Positions 31,950 through 41,324 of a DNA stretch of 49,930 bases are shown piece by piece. Origin of the DNA: an uncultured Atribacterota bacterium (GTDB lineage Bacteria > Atribacterota > Phoenicimicrobiia > Phoenicimicrobiales > Stramentimicrobiaceae); NCBI GenBank assembly GCA_964636625.1, contig CAZWUL010000003.1:1-49930 (forward strand), given 5' to 3'. Position numbers and translations under genes: made by a program. Every line of letters starts with the position of its first letter. Within the stretch, counting starts at the first letter, position 1. Under the pieces are notes generated by a model. The model was not told where the DNA came from. It ran no database searches and worked only from the letters and a program-made list of their open reading frames with translations.

Positions 31950-32878
31950 CAATCTTACATTCTAAAGAGAAACTAACTTTAGCTAGTGAGCTAATATATG
32001 AAATAAAAGTAAAAGATGCCATGCATAGAGATGTTATTTTTTTTAGTCAAGATGCAACCTTTAGGGAAATACAATTATCAATGAAACAAAATAGGATTTC
32101 AGGAGTTCCTATTTTAGATGATAACAATGATATTATCGGAATTGTTAGCATTGATAATGTTATTTCAGCATTGGATAACAACTATGTTAATGATACAGTT
32201 AAAGAATATATGACTAAAAATGTAATTACTATTCCACAAAGTTACTCCCTGGTTTCAGCTATTAAAAAATTTGAAAAGTATAAATTTGGCCGCCTTCCAG
32301 TAACTAAAAATACCCATTCAAAGAAAATCGTTGGGATTATAACCATGGGAGATATTTTAAATTATCTTCTGGTCAGCATACAGGCAATTGCTGAAAAAGT
32401 AGAAAAGAAAGAATCAGACAATGATAATTTATCCACAGAAATGGCCAGGCAGACCACCAAAAAACGTATGCGTTTTGAAGTAAAAAAAGCCGATTTCGAT
32501 AATGCAGGACGGGTGGCAAGTATTGTTAGAAACTATCTCCAGAAACTTAAAATAGAAAAACAGGTTTTACGAAAGATAGCCATTGTTTGTTATGAGGCTG
32601 AAATGAATATTAGTATACATTCATTAGGTGGTTATATAACTGTAGAAACTGAACCAGCAGAGGTTATTATAACTGCTGTCGATTATGGCCCGGGCATCCC
32701 TGATATTGAAGAGGCAATGAAGCCGGGATTTACTACCGCTTCAGAACAAATAAGGGCCTTAGGTTTTGGTGCAGGAATGGGTTTGCCTAATATTAAAAGA
32801 TGTGCAGACCATTTAGAGCTGGAATCTTCCATGGAAACAGGAACAATATTAAAAGCTACTATTCGTTTAGGGGGATAA
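31946..32878 (+). CDS. CBS-pair domain fused to RsbT-like anti-sigma/Ser-Thr kinase ATPase
   Basis: CBS motifs ISGVPI and FGRLPV; kinase motifs YEAEMN, DYGPGIPD, GFTTA, GFGAGMGLPN. Confidence 0.85.
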   Translation: MTILHSKEKLTLASELIYEIKVKDAMHRDVIFFSQDATFREIQLSMKQNRISGVPILDDNNDIIGIVSIDNVISALDNNYVNDTVKEYMTKNVITIPQSYSLVSAIKKFEKYKFGRLPVTKNTHSKKIVGIITMGDILNYLLVSIQAIAEKVEKKESDNDNLSTEMARQTTKKRMRFEVKKADFDNAGRVASIVRNYLQKLKIEKQVLRKIAIVCYEAEMNISIHSLGGYITVETEPAEVIITAVDYGPGIPDIEEAMKPGFTTASEQIRALGFGAGMGLPNIKRCADHLELESSMETGTILKATIRLGG

Positions 32879-32880
32879 TA

Positions 32881-33225
32881 ATGAAATTGAGTGAAATAAT
32901 TGAAAAATGCTCTTTGGAAAAAGTTGTATTTTGTTCAGATGAAGAAATTAAAAATGGTTACACCGGAGACTTAATGTCAGATGTTATTGCCAACGCTAAT
33001 AATAATAGCATCTGGATTACTATACAAGCTCATAAAAACAGTATTGCTGTAGCATTAATTAAAGATATCTCGGCAATTATATTTGCCAATGAGGTCCCTA
33101 TAAGCCCAGAGGTAATTAGGAAAGCTAAAGAAGAAAATATTTCTATATTCCATACTAATAAGAATTCGTTTACCATTTCAGGAGAAATATATTCATTGTT
33201 GGAGGACAAAACTGAGCAGGGTTGA
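32881..33225 (+). CDS. DRTGG/HPr-kinase-N-like domain protein
   Basis: GYTGDLMSDVIA, IWITIQAHKNSIAVA; ATG at 32881. Confidence 0.83.
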   Translation: MKLSEIIEKCSLEKVVFCSDEEIKNGYTGDLMSDVIANANNNSIWITIQAHKNSIAVALIKDISAIIFANEVPISPEVIRKAKEENISIFHTNKNSFTISGEIYSLLEDKTEQG

Positions 33226-33955
33226 TTTGCATATTCATTCTTCCCTCTCTGCTTGTGGGGAAGATATTATGTCACCTCAACTCATACTAAAGCAGGCAGA
33301 AAAGAAGAAAATTGGCTTAATTGCAGTAACTGACCATAACACGATTACTCATTCCGTGCTAACTCATAAATTAAGCAAAGGCAGTAATGTGCGTACGATT
33401 TTAGGGGTTGAGTTAACAAGTAAAGAAGAAGTACATTTATTAGGCTATTTTCCTGATGAGAAAAGTATAAGCGAAATGGAGCTAAAAATAAAGGAATGTT
33501 TGCCTGTGCTGGGAAATAAGGCTTCTTTTTTTGGATATCAGCTTGTTTATGATTATTATGGAAAAGTAATAGAAGTTGACCATCTGTTACGGCAAAATGC
33601 CTTACAAATAGGTTTGGATGATTTGGTTGAGTTTATTCAATCTATCGGGGGAATTGCCATTCCGGCTCATATTGAACGGGATTATTGTGGCTTAATAAGT
33701 CAAATAGGATTTTTAGATCCCCAAAGTAATTTTGATGCTGTTGAAGTTTCTAGATTTCAATGGATAAGAAAGAATTACAAGCCGGGGGATATTATCGAAG
33801 GATTTCCGGTAATTAGTGGTTCAGATAGCCACTTTTTAGAAGATATTGGAATGTTCTATATGGAAACCAAAAATATGAAGGAATTGGATGAAATTACCGA
33901 TTTTAATTCCTTAAAAAGATATCTGAGGAAAATTAAATTTGAAAAACCTAGCTGA
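33212..33955 (+). CDS. PHP-domain phosphoesterase (probable CTG start)
   Basis: VDLHIHS, TDHN, GVEL, EEVHLL, PAHIER, SDSH; GGAGG at 33201 precedes an in-frame CTG at 33212. Confidence 0.85.
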   Translation: MSRVDLHIHSSLSACGEDIMSPQLILKQAEKKKIGLIAVTDHNTITHSVLTHKLSKGSNVRTILGVELTSKEEVHLLGYFPDEKSISEMELKIKECLPVLGNKASFFGYQLVYDYYGKVIEVDHLLRQNALQIGLDDLVEFIQSIGGIAIPAHIERDYCGLISQIGFLDPQSNFDAVEVSRFQWIRKNYKPGDIIEGFPVISGSDSHFLEDIGMFYMETKNMKELDEITDFNSLKRYLRKIKFEKPS

Positions 33956-34475
33956 CCATCTTTTTGATATTTTCGAAAATTCGGTTAATGCAAATGCTGA
34001 TATGGTTATGATAAAGATTTCTTTTTTGGAAGGAGTATTTTATTGCAGTATTACAGATAATGGTGTTGGGATTACTGGTGAAGAGGTTTTAGATCCATTT
34101 GTTACCTCCAGAAAAACCAGAAGAGTTGGATTAGGGTTACCACTACTGAAAAAGGCTGCTGAAGATACCGGCGGTTATCTAAAAATAAGAAGAGTAAATC
34201 GAAGTGGAGGTACAAATCTGGAATTTGAAATGAATATGTCACATATTGATGCCAAACCTTTTGGAAATTTACCACAAACTTTCGCTGATATTTATTCCGC
34301 CTGGCCAGATATAGACTTAAAACTTTATGTAATAAAAAAAAATAAACAAAAAAAAGTTCTGGATTTTCATGAGATGAGGGGAGAAGAGACCCTGGGTTTA
34401 TCTGATTTTATTGCAAGCAGACGAAGAATATTAAATATTATGCAAAAAGAAGTAGAAGCCCTGAATATTTACTAA
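33939..34475 (+). CDS. Histidine-kinase-like ATPase (HATPase_c) of hydrogenase-associated operons
   Basis: LADHLFDIFENS, DNGVG, DPFVTSRKTRRVGLGLPL, HIDAKPFG. Confidence 0.85.
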   Translation: MKNLADHLFDIFENSVNANADMVMIKISFLEGVFYCSITDNGVGITGEEVLDPFVTSRKTRRVGLGLPLLKKAAEDTGGYLKIRRVNRSGGTNLEFEMNMSHIDAKPFGNLPQTFADIYSAWPDIDLKLYVIKKNKQKKVLDFHEMRGEETLGLSDFIASRRRILNIMQKEVEALNIY

Positions 34476-34564
34476 AGTTAGGATTAAATTGATAAGGGTA
34501 TTTAAGATAAAAAATGTTATTTGCAAAAAATAAAATAAAAATATAGAACCGGAAAGGAGGAGCT

Positions 34565-34933
34565 ATGAAAAATTTAGATGAATTAAAAATCATGCGAGAA
34601 AAAGTCAAGAGAGATTTGCAGCTTAGGGCAGGGGAGCACCGTGTAAAGGTTGTTGTAGGAATGGGTAGTTGCGGAATTGCAGCTGGAGCCAGAGATACAA
34701 TGAACGAATTCCTGGAGTTGATAGAAAAAAATAAAAAAACAGACGTTATTGTCACCGCTTCTGGATGCTTTGGTTTTTGTGCTCAAGAGCCTATGATACA
34801 CGTATATGTAGAAGATAAAAAACCTGTTACTTACCGAAATGTAGATAAAGAAGCAGCACAGGAAATATTTAATAACCATATACTGAACAATAAAATTGTA
34901 GAAAAATACCTATTTTCAAAGGGGAAAAAATAA
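34565..34933 (+). CDS. Thioredoxin-like [2Fe-2S] ferredoxin subunit (HydD/HndB-like)
   Basis: VGMGSCGIAAGA, GCFGFCAQEP. Confidence 0.85.
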   Translation: MKNLDELKIMREKVKRDLQLRAGEHRVKVVVGMGSCGIAAGARDTMNEFLELIEKNKKTDVIVTASGCFGFCAQEPMIHVYVEDKKPVTYRNVDKEAAQEIFNNHILNNKIVEKYLFSKGKK

Positions 34934-35430
34934 TGATTGAAACAACTATAACAAAAACTGATGAATTATCTGAAAAGGAAAAATACAGTCAATTAAAAGA
35001 TTTTATGAGTGAAAATAAAGATAAGAAAGGTTACCTAATACCAGTTTTGTATAAAGCACAATCTTTATTTGGCTATCTTCCTGAAGAAGTCCAACAATTT
35101 GTTGCCGAAGGAATGCATATCTCAATTAGTGAAGTGTTTGGAGTTGTAACATTTTATTCTTATTTTAAAACACAGCCTGTAGGTCGGCATACAATTACTA
35201 TTTGTATGGGAACTGCTTGTTATGTGAGAGGAGCCAAAAAGATTTTAGAGGCATTGCAAGATAAATTGGGTATTCAAATGGGAGATACAACAGAAGATTT
35301 GAGATTTACCTTAGGTGAACAACGCTGTTTCGGTTCATGTGGAATGGCGCCGGTAATTATGATTGACGGCGAGGTGCACGGAAGGTTAACTCCCAATAAA
35401 TTAGATGCAATTTTAGAGAAATACAAATAG
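34933..35430 (+). CDS. NuoE/HydC-like [2Fe-2S] subunit
   Basis: GVVTFYSYF, CMGTACYVRG, CFGSCGMAP. Confidence 0.9.
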   Translation: MIETTITKTDELSEKEKYSQLKDFMSENKDKKGYLIPVLYKAQSLFGYLPEEVQQFVAEGMHISISEVFGVVTFYSYFKTQPVGRHTITICMGTACYVRGAKKILEALQDKLGIQMGDTTEDLRFTLGEQRCFGSCGMAPVIMIDGEVHGRLTPNKLDAILEKYK

Positions 35431-35453
35431 TTTAAATAAGGAGTAGATAGATT

Positions 35454-38400
35454 ATGAATAATATAAGAACCCAGCTTCTTTTATGTCATGGAACTTCTTG
35501 TATGTCTAATGGGGCAGCAAGAGTGAGAGAAGCTCTGGATGAGGCATTAAAAGAGGCTAATCTGGATAAAGAAGTTGAAATAATTACTACTGGTTGTATG
35601 GGAATATGTGAACTGGGACCCATCATGGTGGTTTACCCTGATGGAGTTTTTTATCAACAAATAAAACCAGAAGATGCTCACGAAATTGTTCAGGAACACA
35701 TTCTCAAAGGTAGAGTGGTTCAAAGACTTTTTTATAAGAAACCAAAGAGCGAAGAATTAGTGGCAATGATGGAAGAAATAGATTTCTTCAAATTACAGAA
35801 GAGAATTGCACGTCGAAATTGTGGAATAATTGATGTTAATACTATAGACGACTATATAGGTGCTGATGGTTTTATGGCTCTCGGTAAGGCTTTGACAGAG
35901 ATGACCCCACAGGAAGTTATTGAGGAGATTAAGAAATCAGGATTAAGAGGTAGAGGGGGAGCCGGTTTCCCCACAGGATTAAAGTGGGACTTTGCTGCCA
36001 AAGCTTCTGGTGAACAAAAATACATTTTGTGTAATGCAGATGAAGGTGATCCTGGTGCGTTTATGGATCGTAGCATGCTTGAAGGTGATTCCTATAGTGT
36101 TTTAGAAGCCATGATGATTGGCGGTTATGCCATTGGAGCTAACCAGGGTTATATCTATGTAAGGGCTGAATATCCATTAGCAATTGAAAGACTAAAAATT
36201 GCTATTAATGAATTGAAAAAACATGAACTTATCGGAAAAAATATTTTAGGAACTGGATTTGATTTTGATGTTGAAATTAGAATGGGTGCAGGAGCATTTG
36301 TTTGTGGTGAAGAGACAGCTTTAATGCGTTCCATTGAAGGAAAAAGAGGAGAACCCAGACCCAGACCACCTTTTCCGGCAAATAAAGGATTGTTTGAACG
36401 CCCAACTGTTTTAAATAATGTAGAAACACTTGCAAATATTCCTTATATAATTCTACATGGAGCCGATAAGTATGCTTCTGTAGGTACTGAAAAGAGTAAA
36501 GGTACAAAAATATTTGCTCTTGCCGGTAATATAAATAATACCGGTTTAATTGAAGTACCCATTGGAATAACATTAGGAGAAATTGTATATAATATCGGGG
36601 GAGGAATACCCGGTAATAAAAAATTTAAGGCAGTTCAAATTGGAGGACCTTCTGGTGGATGTATTCCCGCACAGCATCTTAACGCAATAGTTGATTATGA
36701 ATCTCTAAAAGAACTCGGTTCAATTATGGGTTCAGGTGGCTTAATTGTTATGGACGAAGACACCTGTATGGTAGACATAGCGCGCTATTTTATGGAGTTT
36801 ATACAGGATGAATCGTGTGGAAAATGTACTCCCTGCCGGGAAGGCACCAGGGTGATGCTGGAGATATTAACCAGGATTTGTGAGGGCAAAGGTAAGATGG
36901 AAGACCTGGATACCCTGGAAGAATTAGCTTATCGCATTAAAGATACTGCCCTTTGCGGGTTAGGACAAACTGCCCCCAACCCGGTTTTATCAACACTTAG
37001 ATATTTCAGGCATGAATATATTGAACATATTAGAGATAAAAAATGTCGGGCAGGTGTATGTGCAGAATTAGTATATGCACCATGCTCTAACTCATGTCCT
37101 GCTTCGGTTAATGTTCCTGCATATTTAGCTTATACCAAGGTAGGCCAGTATGATAAAGCCATGCAGGCACATTTGAGAACAAACCCGTTCCCTGCGGTCT
37201 GTGGTAGAATTTGCCCTGCTTTTTGCGAGTCAAGATGCAGAAGAATAGACATTGATGATGCAATCAATATCCGAGCAGTCAAAAGGTTTATGGCAGATCA
37301 GGTTGACAACTACCTTGATTGTTTCCCGGATAAAAAGAATAAAAACGGAATGAAAGTAGCAATTATTGGTGCAGGACCATCCGGACTTTCTAATGCCTAT
37401 TTCCTGACAATGTTAGGTTATGAGACTACAGTATTTGAAGCTCAGCCTAAAGCAGGGGGTATGTTAACATATGCTATACCTTCTTATCGCTTGCCAAAAA
37501 CTATTGTAGAAAAAGAAATCAATGCTCTGTGCGATTATGGAGTCCAGATTAAAACAAAAACAACAATTGGGGAAGATATTACCCTGGAACAGCTTAGAGA
37601 AGATGGCTATAAAGCCTTTTATGTCTCAGCTGGTGCATGGGATTGTATTATGCCTGATATGGATAATTTAGATGACCCTAGAATCTTTAGTGGATTGGAC
37701 TTTTTGTCTAGATTTAATAAAAAGGAAAAACTGGAAATCGGTAAAGAAGTTTTGGTAATTGGTGGAGGTAACTCTGCAATAGACGCTGCCAGGACTGCTA
37801 AGAGATTGGGTGCAGATGTAACAATTGTATATCGGAGAACCAGAGAGGAAATGCCTGCTGATGAGGCTGAAATCAATGAAGCTGAAAAAGAAGGCATAAA
37901 AATTTCTCTCTTGCAGAACATAAAGTCAGTAAAATCACAGAAAGACGCCCTGGAAGTTGAATTAATTAACATGAGATTAGGTGATTATGATAGTTCAGGT
38001 AGGCGCAGACCAGTTGAAATAAAGGGTTCAAATTTTACCAAAAAGATTGATTGTTTAATCTTATCTATTGGGCAGAAACCTGCAGTAGCTAATTTATTCA
38101 AAAATGAAGATGTAGAATTGAATCGAAATCAGACAATTCCTACCCAAAAAGGAATAACCAAAGTAAAGGATATTTTTGCTGGTGGTGATGTGGCTTTAGG
38201 GCCTGCTACTGTGGTAGAGGCAATTGGAGAAGCACAGGATGCAGCAGAAGCTATTGATTTTTATCTAACCGGGAAGAAACAAAATTATCCCTGGCAAATA
38301 AAAGATCCTGTAAATGTAGATTTCGATCCTGAGGCAGACCCTGTTGATTATAAACGGTCACAATTCGACCTTATTCCTGTAGAAGAGAGGGGAATTCATG

Positions 38401-38483
38401 ACGAAGTTGAGAAGACCTGGAATAAGGATATTACTTGCAGGGAAAGTGAAAGATGCTTGCGTTGTGAATATCGAGAGGACTAA
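35454..38483 (+). CDS. NuoF/HydB-like FMN/NADH subunit fused to a GltD/NfnB-like FAD/NADPH module
   Basis: GRGGAGFP, NADEGDPGAFMDR, CGEETAL, GGPSGG, CGKCTPCREG, LCGLG; then PCSNSCP, CGRICPAFCE, GAGPSG, GGGNSA, YRR, AGGD, RCLRC. Confidence 0.9.
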   Translation: MNNIRTQLLLCHGTSCMSNGAARVREALDEALKEANLDKEVEIITTGCMGICELGPIMVVYPDGVFYQQIKPEDAHEIVQEHILKGRVVQRLFYKKPKSEELVAMMEEIDFFKLQKRIARRNCGIIDVNTIDDYIGADGFMALGKALTEMTPQEVIEEIKKSGLRGRGGAGFPTGLKWDFAAKASGEQKYILCNADEGDPGAFMDRSMLEGDSYSVLEAMMIGGYAIGANQGYIYVRAEYPLAIERLKIAINELKKHELIGKNILGTGFDFDVEIRMGAGAFVCGEETALMRSIEGKRGEPRPRPPFPANKGLFERPTVLNNVETLANIPYIILHGADKYASVGTEKSKGTKIFALAGNINNTGLIEVPIGITLGEIVYNIGGGIPGNKKFKAVQIGGPSGGCIPAQHLNAIVDYESLKELGSIMGSGGLIVMDEDTCMVDIARYFMEFIQDESCGKCTPCREGTRVMLEILTRICEGKGKMEDLDTLEELAYRIKDTALCGLGQTAPNPVLSTLRYFRHEYIEHIRDKKCRAGVCAELVYAPCSNSCPASVNVPAYLAYTKVGQYDKAMQAHLRTNPFPAVCGRICPAFCESRCRRIDIDDAINIRAVKRFMADQVDNYLDCFPDKKNKNGMKVAIIGAGPSGLSNAYFLTMLGYETTVFEAQPKAGGMLTYAIPSYRLPKTIVEKEINALCDYGVQIKTKTTIGEDITLEQLREDGYKAFYVSAGAWDCIMPDMDNLDDPRIFSGLDFLSRFNKKEKLEIGKEVLVIGGGNSAIDAARTAKRLGADVTIVYRRTREEMPADEAEINEAEKEGIKISLLQNIKSVKSQKDALEVELINMRLGDYDSSGRRRPVEIKGSNFTKKIDCLILSIGQKPAVANLFKNEDVELNRNQTIPTQKGITKVKDIFAGGDVALGPATVVEAIGEAQDAAEAIDFYLTGKKQNYPWQIKDPVNVDFDPEADPVDYKRSQFDLIPVEERGIHDEVEKTWNKDITCRESERCLRCEYRED

Positions 38484-38513
38484 TATTGAAAGAAAGGATT
38501 GAGAAATATTAAA

Positions 38514-41285
38514 ATGAAAGATACAGAAATCAAAAAAGAGAAAAAGGCAATGCCATTAGTCCAGGTTACAATAGATGGCCATAAAGTAATGGTAGAGCCT
38601 GGTTCAACCATTTTGGATGCAGCAAATAAAGCAGGAGTAAAGATTCCCACACTTTGTGCTATGCCGGAAATTAATCATTATCCAGGTTCTTGCCGAATGT
38701 GTGTTGTAGAAGTAGAAGGAATGCCCTGTTTAGCTGCTTCTTGCGTATACCCGGTTCGGGATGGCATGGTAGTTCATACTAATAATGAAAGAGTAATAAA
38801 AGCCCGCAGAGCTGTGTTGGAATTATTACTGACTACCCACCCACTTGATTGTATGACTTGTGAGAAGAATGGTGAATGTGATTTACAGGACCTGGCTTAT
38901 GAATTAGGGATTAAAGAATCCAGTTTTGGCAGAAGCGAAAGAAACCTACCTTTGGATGAAAGCAATCCCTTTATCCTGAGAGACTTGAATAAATGCATTC
39001 TTTGTAGAAGATGTGTTGAAATATGTAATGAAATACAGCAATCTAAAGCAATTGGGATAGGGTTCAGAGGCAAAAAGACGGAAATTATTGCCGGATTAGG
39101 CAATAAATTAGGCCATGAAACAAATATAACAATCGGCTCTGATGAAAACCCTGATTATTCTCAATGTGTTTCCTGTGGACAATGCGTGGCAGTATGTCCT
39201 GTTGGAGCCCTAACAGATAAAGCAGCCATAGGAAAAGGCAGGGTATGGGACTTTGAGAAAGTTCACACTACCTGTAATTACTGTGGATGTGGTTGTGGAT
39301 TTGATTTGAACATTAAAGACGGAAAAGTAGTTAAGGTAACTTCTAATCCTGACAGTGTAGTTAATGGAATCAATCTTTGTGTTAAAGGACGTTTTGGTAA
39401 TGATTACATACATAGAGAAGACAGATTAAAAACTCCTTTAATCAGAAAGAATGGAAAATTAGAACCGGTTTCCTGGGAAGAGGCTCTTAATCTTATAAGT
39501 GATAAATTTGGCAAGATAAAGGAAGAATATGGTAGTGATAGCTTAGCCGTCTTATCTTCTGCTAAATGTACAAATGAAGAAAATTATTTATTGATGAAAT
39601 TTGGAAGAGCTGTATTGGGAACCAATAATGTTGATCATTGTGCCAGGCTTTGCCATTCAGCAACTGTTGCAGGCTTAGCACAGGCATTTGGTAGCGGTGC
39701 AATGACTAATTCTATTAAAGAACTTGCCAATGCTTCCGTTATTTATGTAACTGGTTCCAATACTACTGAAAATCATCCTATTATTGCACTGGAAATAAAG
39801 AAGGCAGTAACTAAGAATGGCGCAAAACTAATTGTTGCTGACCCAAGGGAAATTGAATTAACCAAATACGCTACACTTTGGTTGAGACATAAACCTGGGA
39901 CAGATGTAGCCCTTTTTAATGGCCTAATGAATGTAATAATTACTGAAGGATTAGAAGACCAAGAATTTATCAAAGAAAGAACTGAAGATTATGAAAAAAT
40001 GAAAGAAGTTGTGCTCAAATACACACCTGAAATAGTACAAAAAATTACCGGGGTACCAGCCGATGATATTAGAAAAGCAGCCAGGATTTATGCAGAAGGC
40101 CCGAACACTTCTTTAATTTATTCCATGGGAATTACACAACATACAAGCGGTACAGACAATGTTCTTTCAACTGCAAATATAGCCATGTTAACCGGAAATG
40201 TTGGGAAAGAAAGTTCTGGAGTAAATCCTTTAAGAGGACAGAGCAATGTACAGGGAGCCTGTGATATGGGGGCCCTTCCTAATGTTTATTCCGGATATCA
40301 AAAGGTAACTGATCCACTGGTTAAGGAGAAATTTTCAAAAGCTTGGGGTGCTGAATTGTCTGACAAAGTAGGATTGACCGTTGTTGAAATATTAAATGCC
40401 GCGTATGATGGAAAGATTAAAGGCATATTTATTATGGCAGAAAATCCGGCTATGTCTGATCCTGATTTAAATCATGCCCGGGAAGCATTAAAGAAAACGG
40501 AATTTTTAGTTGTATCTGACATGTTTATGACTGAAACAGCCGAAATGGCTGATGTAGTTTTGCCTGGTGTCAGTTTTGCTGAAAAAGATGGCACAATTAC
40601 CAACACCGAAAGAAGAGTTCAGAGATTCCATAAGGCTGTTGAACCTGTTGGTGAAGCAAAACCGGAATGGCAAATCATATCTGAGTTAGCCCAGAAAATG
40701 GGTTATCAAATGAATTACAATCATCCCTCGGAAATAATGGAGGAAATTGCTGAGATTACTCCTATCTATGGTGGAATGTTGTATCCGAGATTGGAAGAAA
40801 AAGGACTGCAATGGCCTTGTCCTGATGCAAGCCATCCAGGAACAAAATTCCTGCATAAAGGAAAGTTCAGCAGAGGTAAGGGAAAGTTCTTCCCGGTTGA
40901 ATATAGAGATGCTGCAGAACTTCCGGATGACGAATATCCGTTGATATTTACTACCGGACGGGTTCTTTATCACTTTCATACCGGAACGGTTTCACGGAAA
41001 TCTAAGGGGTTAAATGAAGTGTATAAAGAAGCTTTAGTTGAAATTAGCCCTAAAGATGCCCAGGAATTGAGTATAAAAGATGGAGAAATAGTGGAAGTAA
41101 CATCTCGTAGAGGAAAAATTAAAGCCAAGGCAAAGGTAACTGAAAAATCTGATGATGGTGTAGTATTTATGAGTTTCCACTTTCATGAAGCGGCTGCGAA
41201 TTTACTAACAAATGCCGCGCTTGACCCGGTTTCTAAAATACCAGAGTATAAGGTATGTGCAGTGAAAGTGAAAAAGATATCTTAA
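38514..41285 (+). CDS. fdhF: Mo/W-bisPGD formate dehydrogenase alpha subunit with NuoG-like Fe-S N-terminus (Cys-type); start uncertain between 38499 and 38529
   Basis: CRMC, HPLDCMTCEKNGEC, two ferredoxin motifs, CNYCGCGC..CVKG, active-site DHCARLCH, PLRGQSNVQG, PEYKVCAV. Confidence 0.92.
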   Translation: MKDTEIKKEKKAMPLVQVTIDGHKVMVEPGSTILDAANKAGVKIPTLCAMPEINHYPGSCRMCVVEVEGMPCLAASCVYPVRDGMVVHTNNERVIKARRAVLELLLTTHPLDCMTCEKNGECDLQDLAYELGIKESSFGRSERNLPLDESNPFILRDLNKCILCRRCVEICNEIQQSKAIGIGFRGKKTEIIAGLGNKLGHETNITIGSDENPDYSQCVSCGQCVAVCPVGALTDKAAIGKGRVWDFEKVHTTCNYCGCGCGFDLNIKDGKVVKVTSNPDSVVNGINLCVKGRFGNDYIHREDRLKTPLIRKNGKLEPVSWEEALNLISDKFGKIKEEYGSDSLAVLSSAKCTNEENYLLMKFGRAVLGTNNVDHCARLCHSATVAGLAQAFGSGAMTNSIKELANASVIYVTGSNTTENHPIIALEIKKAVTKNGAKLIVADPREIELTKYATLWLRHKPGTDVALFNGLMNVIITEGLEDQEFIKERTEDYEKMKEVVLKYTPEIVQKITGVPADDIRKAARIYAEGPNTSLIYSMGITQHTSGTDNVLSTANIAMLTGNVGKESSGVNPLRGQSNVQGACDMGALPNVYSGYQKVTDPLVKEKFSKAWGAELSDKVGLTVVEILNAAYDGKIKGIFIMAENPAMSDPDLNHAREALKKTEFLVVSDMFMTETAEMADVVLPGVSFAEKDGTITNTERRVQRFHKAVEPVGEAKPEWQIISELAQKMGYQMNYNHPSEIMEEIAEITPIYGGMLYPRLEEKGLQWPCPDASHPGTKFLHKGKFSRGKGKFFPVEYRDAAELPDDEYPLIFTTGRVLYHFHTGTVSRKSKGLNEVYKEALVEISPKDAQELSIKDGEIVEVTSRRGKIKAKAKVTEKSDDGVVFMSFHFHEAAANLLTNAALDPVSKIPEYKVCAVKVKKIS

Positions 41286-41324
41286 AGTATAAAATATTCA
41301 GCAATATAAAAGGAGGAAATTAAG

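Noticed and set aside
34933-38483. Respiratory complex I nuoEF or a glutamate synthase small subunit
   Set aside because: No nuoA-N context or gltB; the neighbours are HydD-like and FDH subunits.
38514-41285. Selenocysteine in the FDH
   Set aside because: The active site reads CARLCH with a TGC codon and the ORF has no in-frame TGA.
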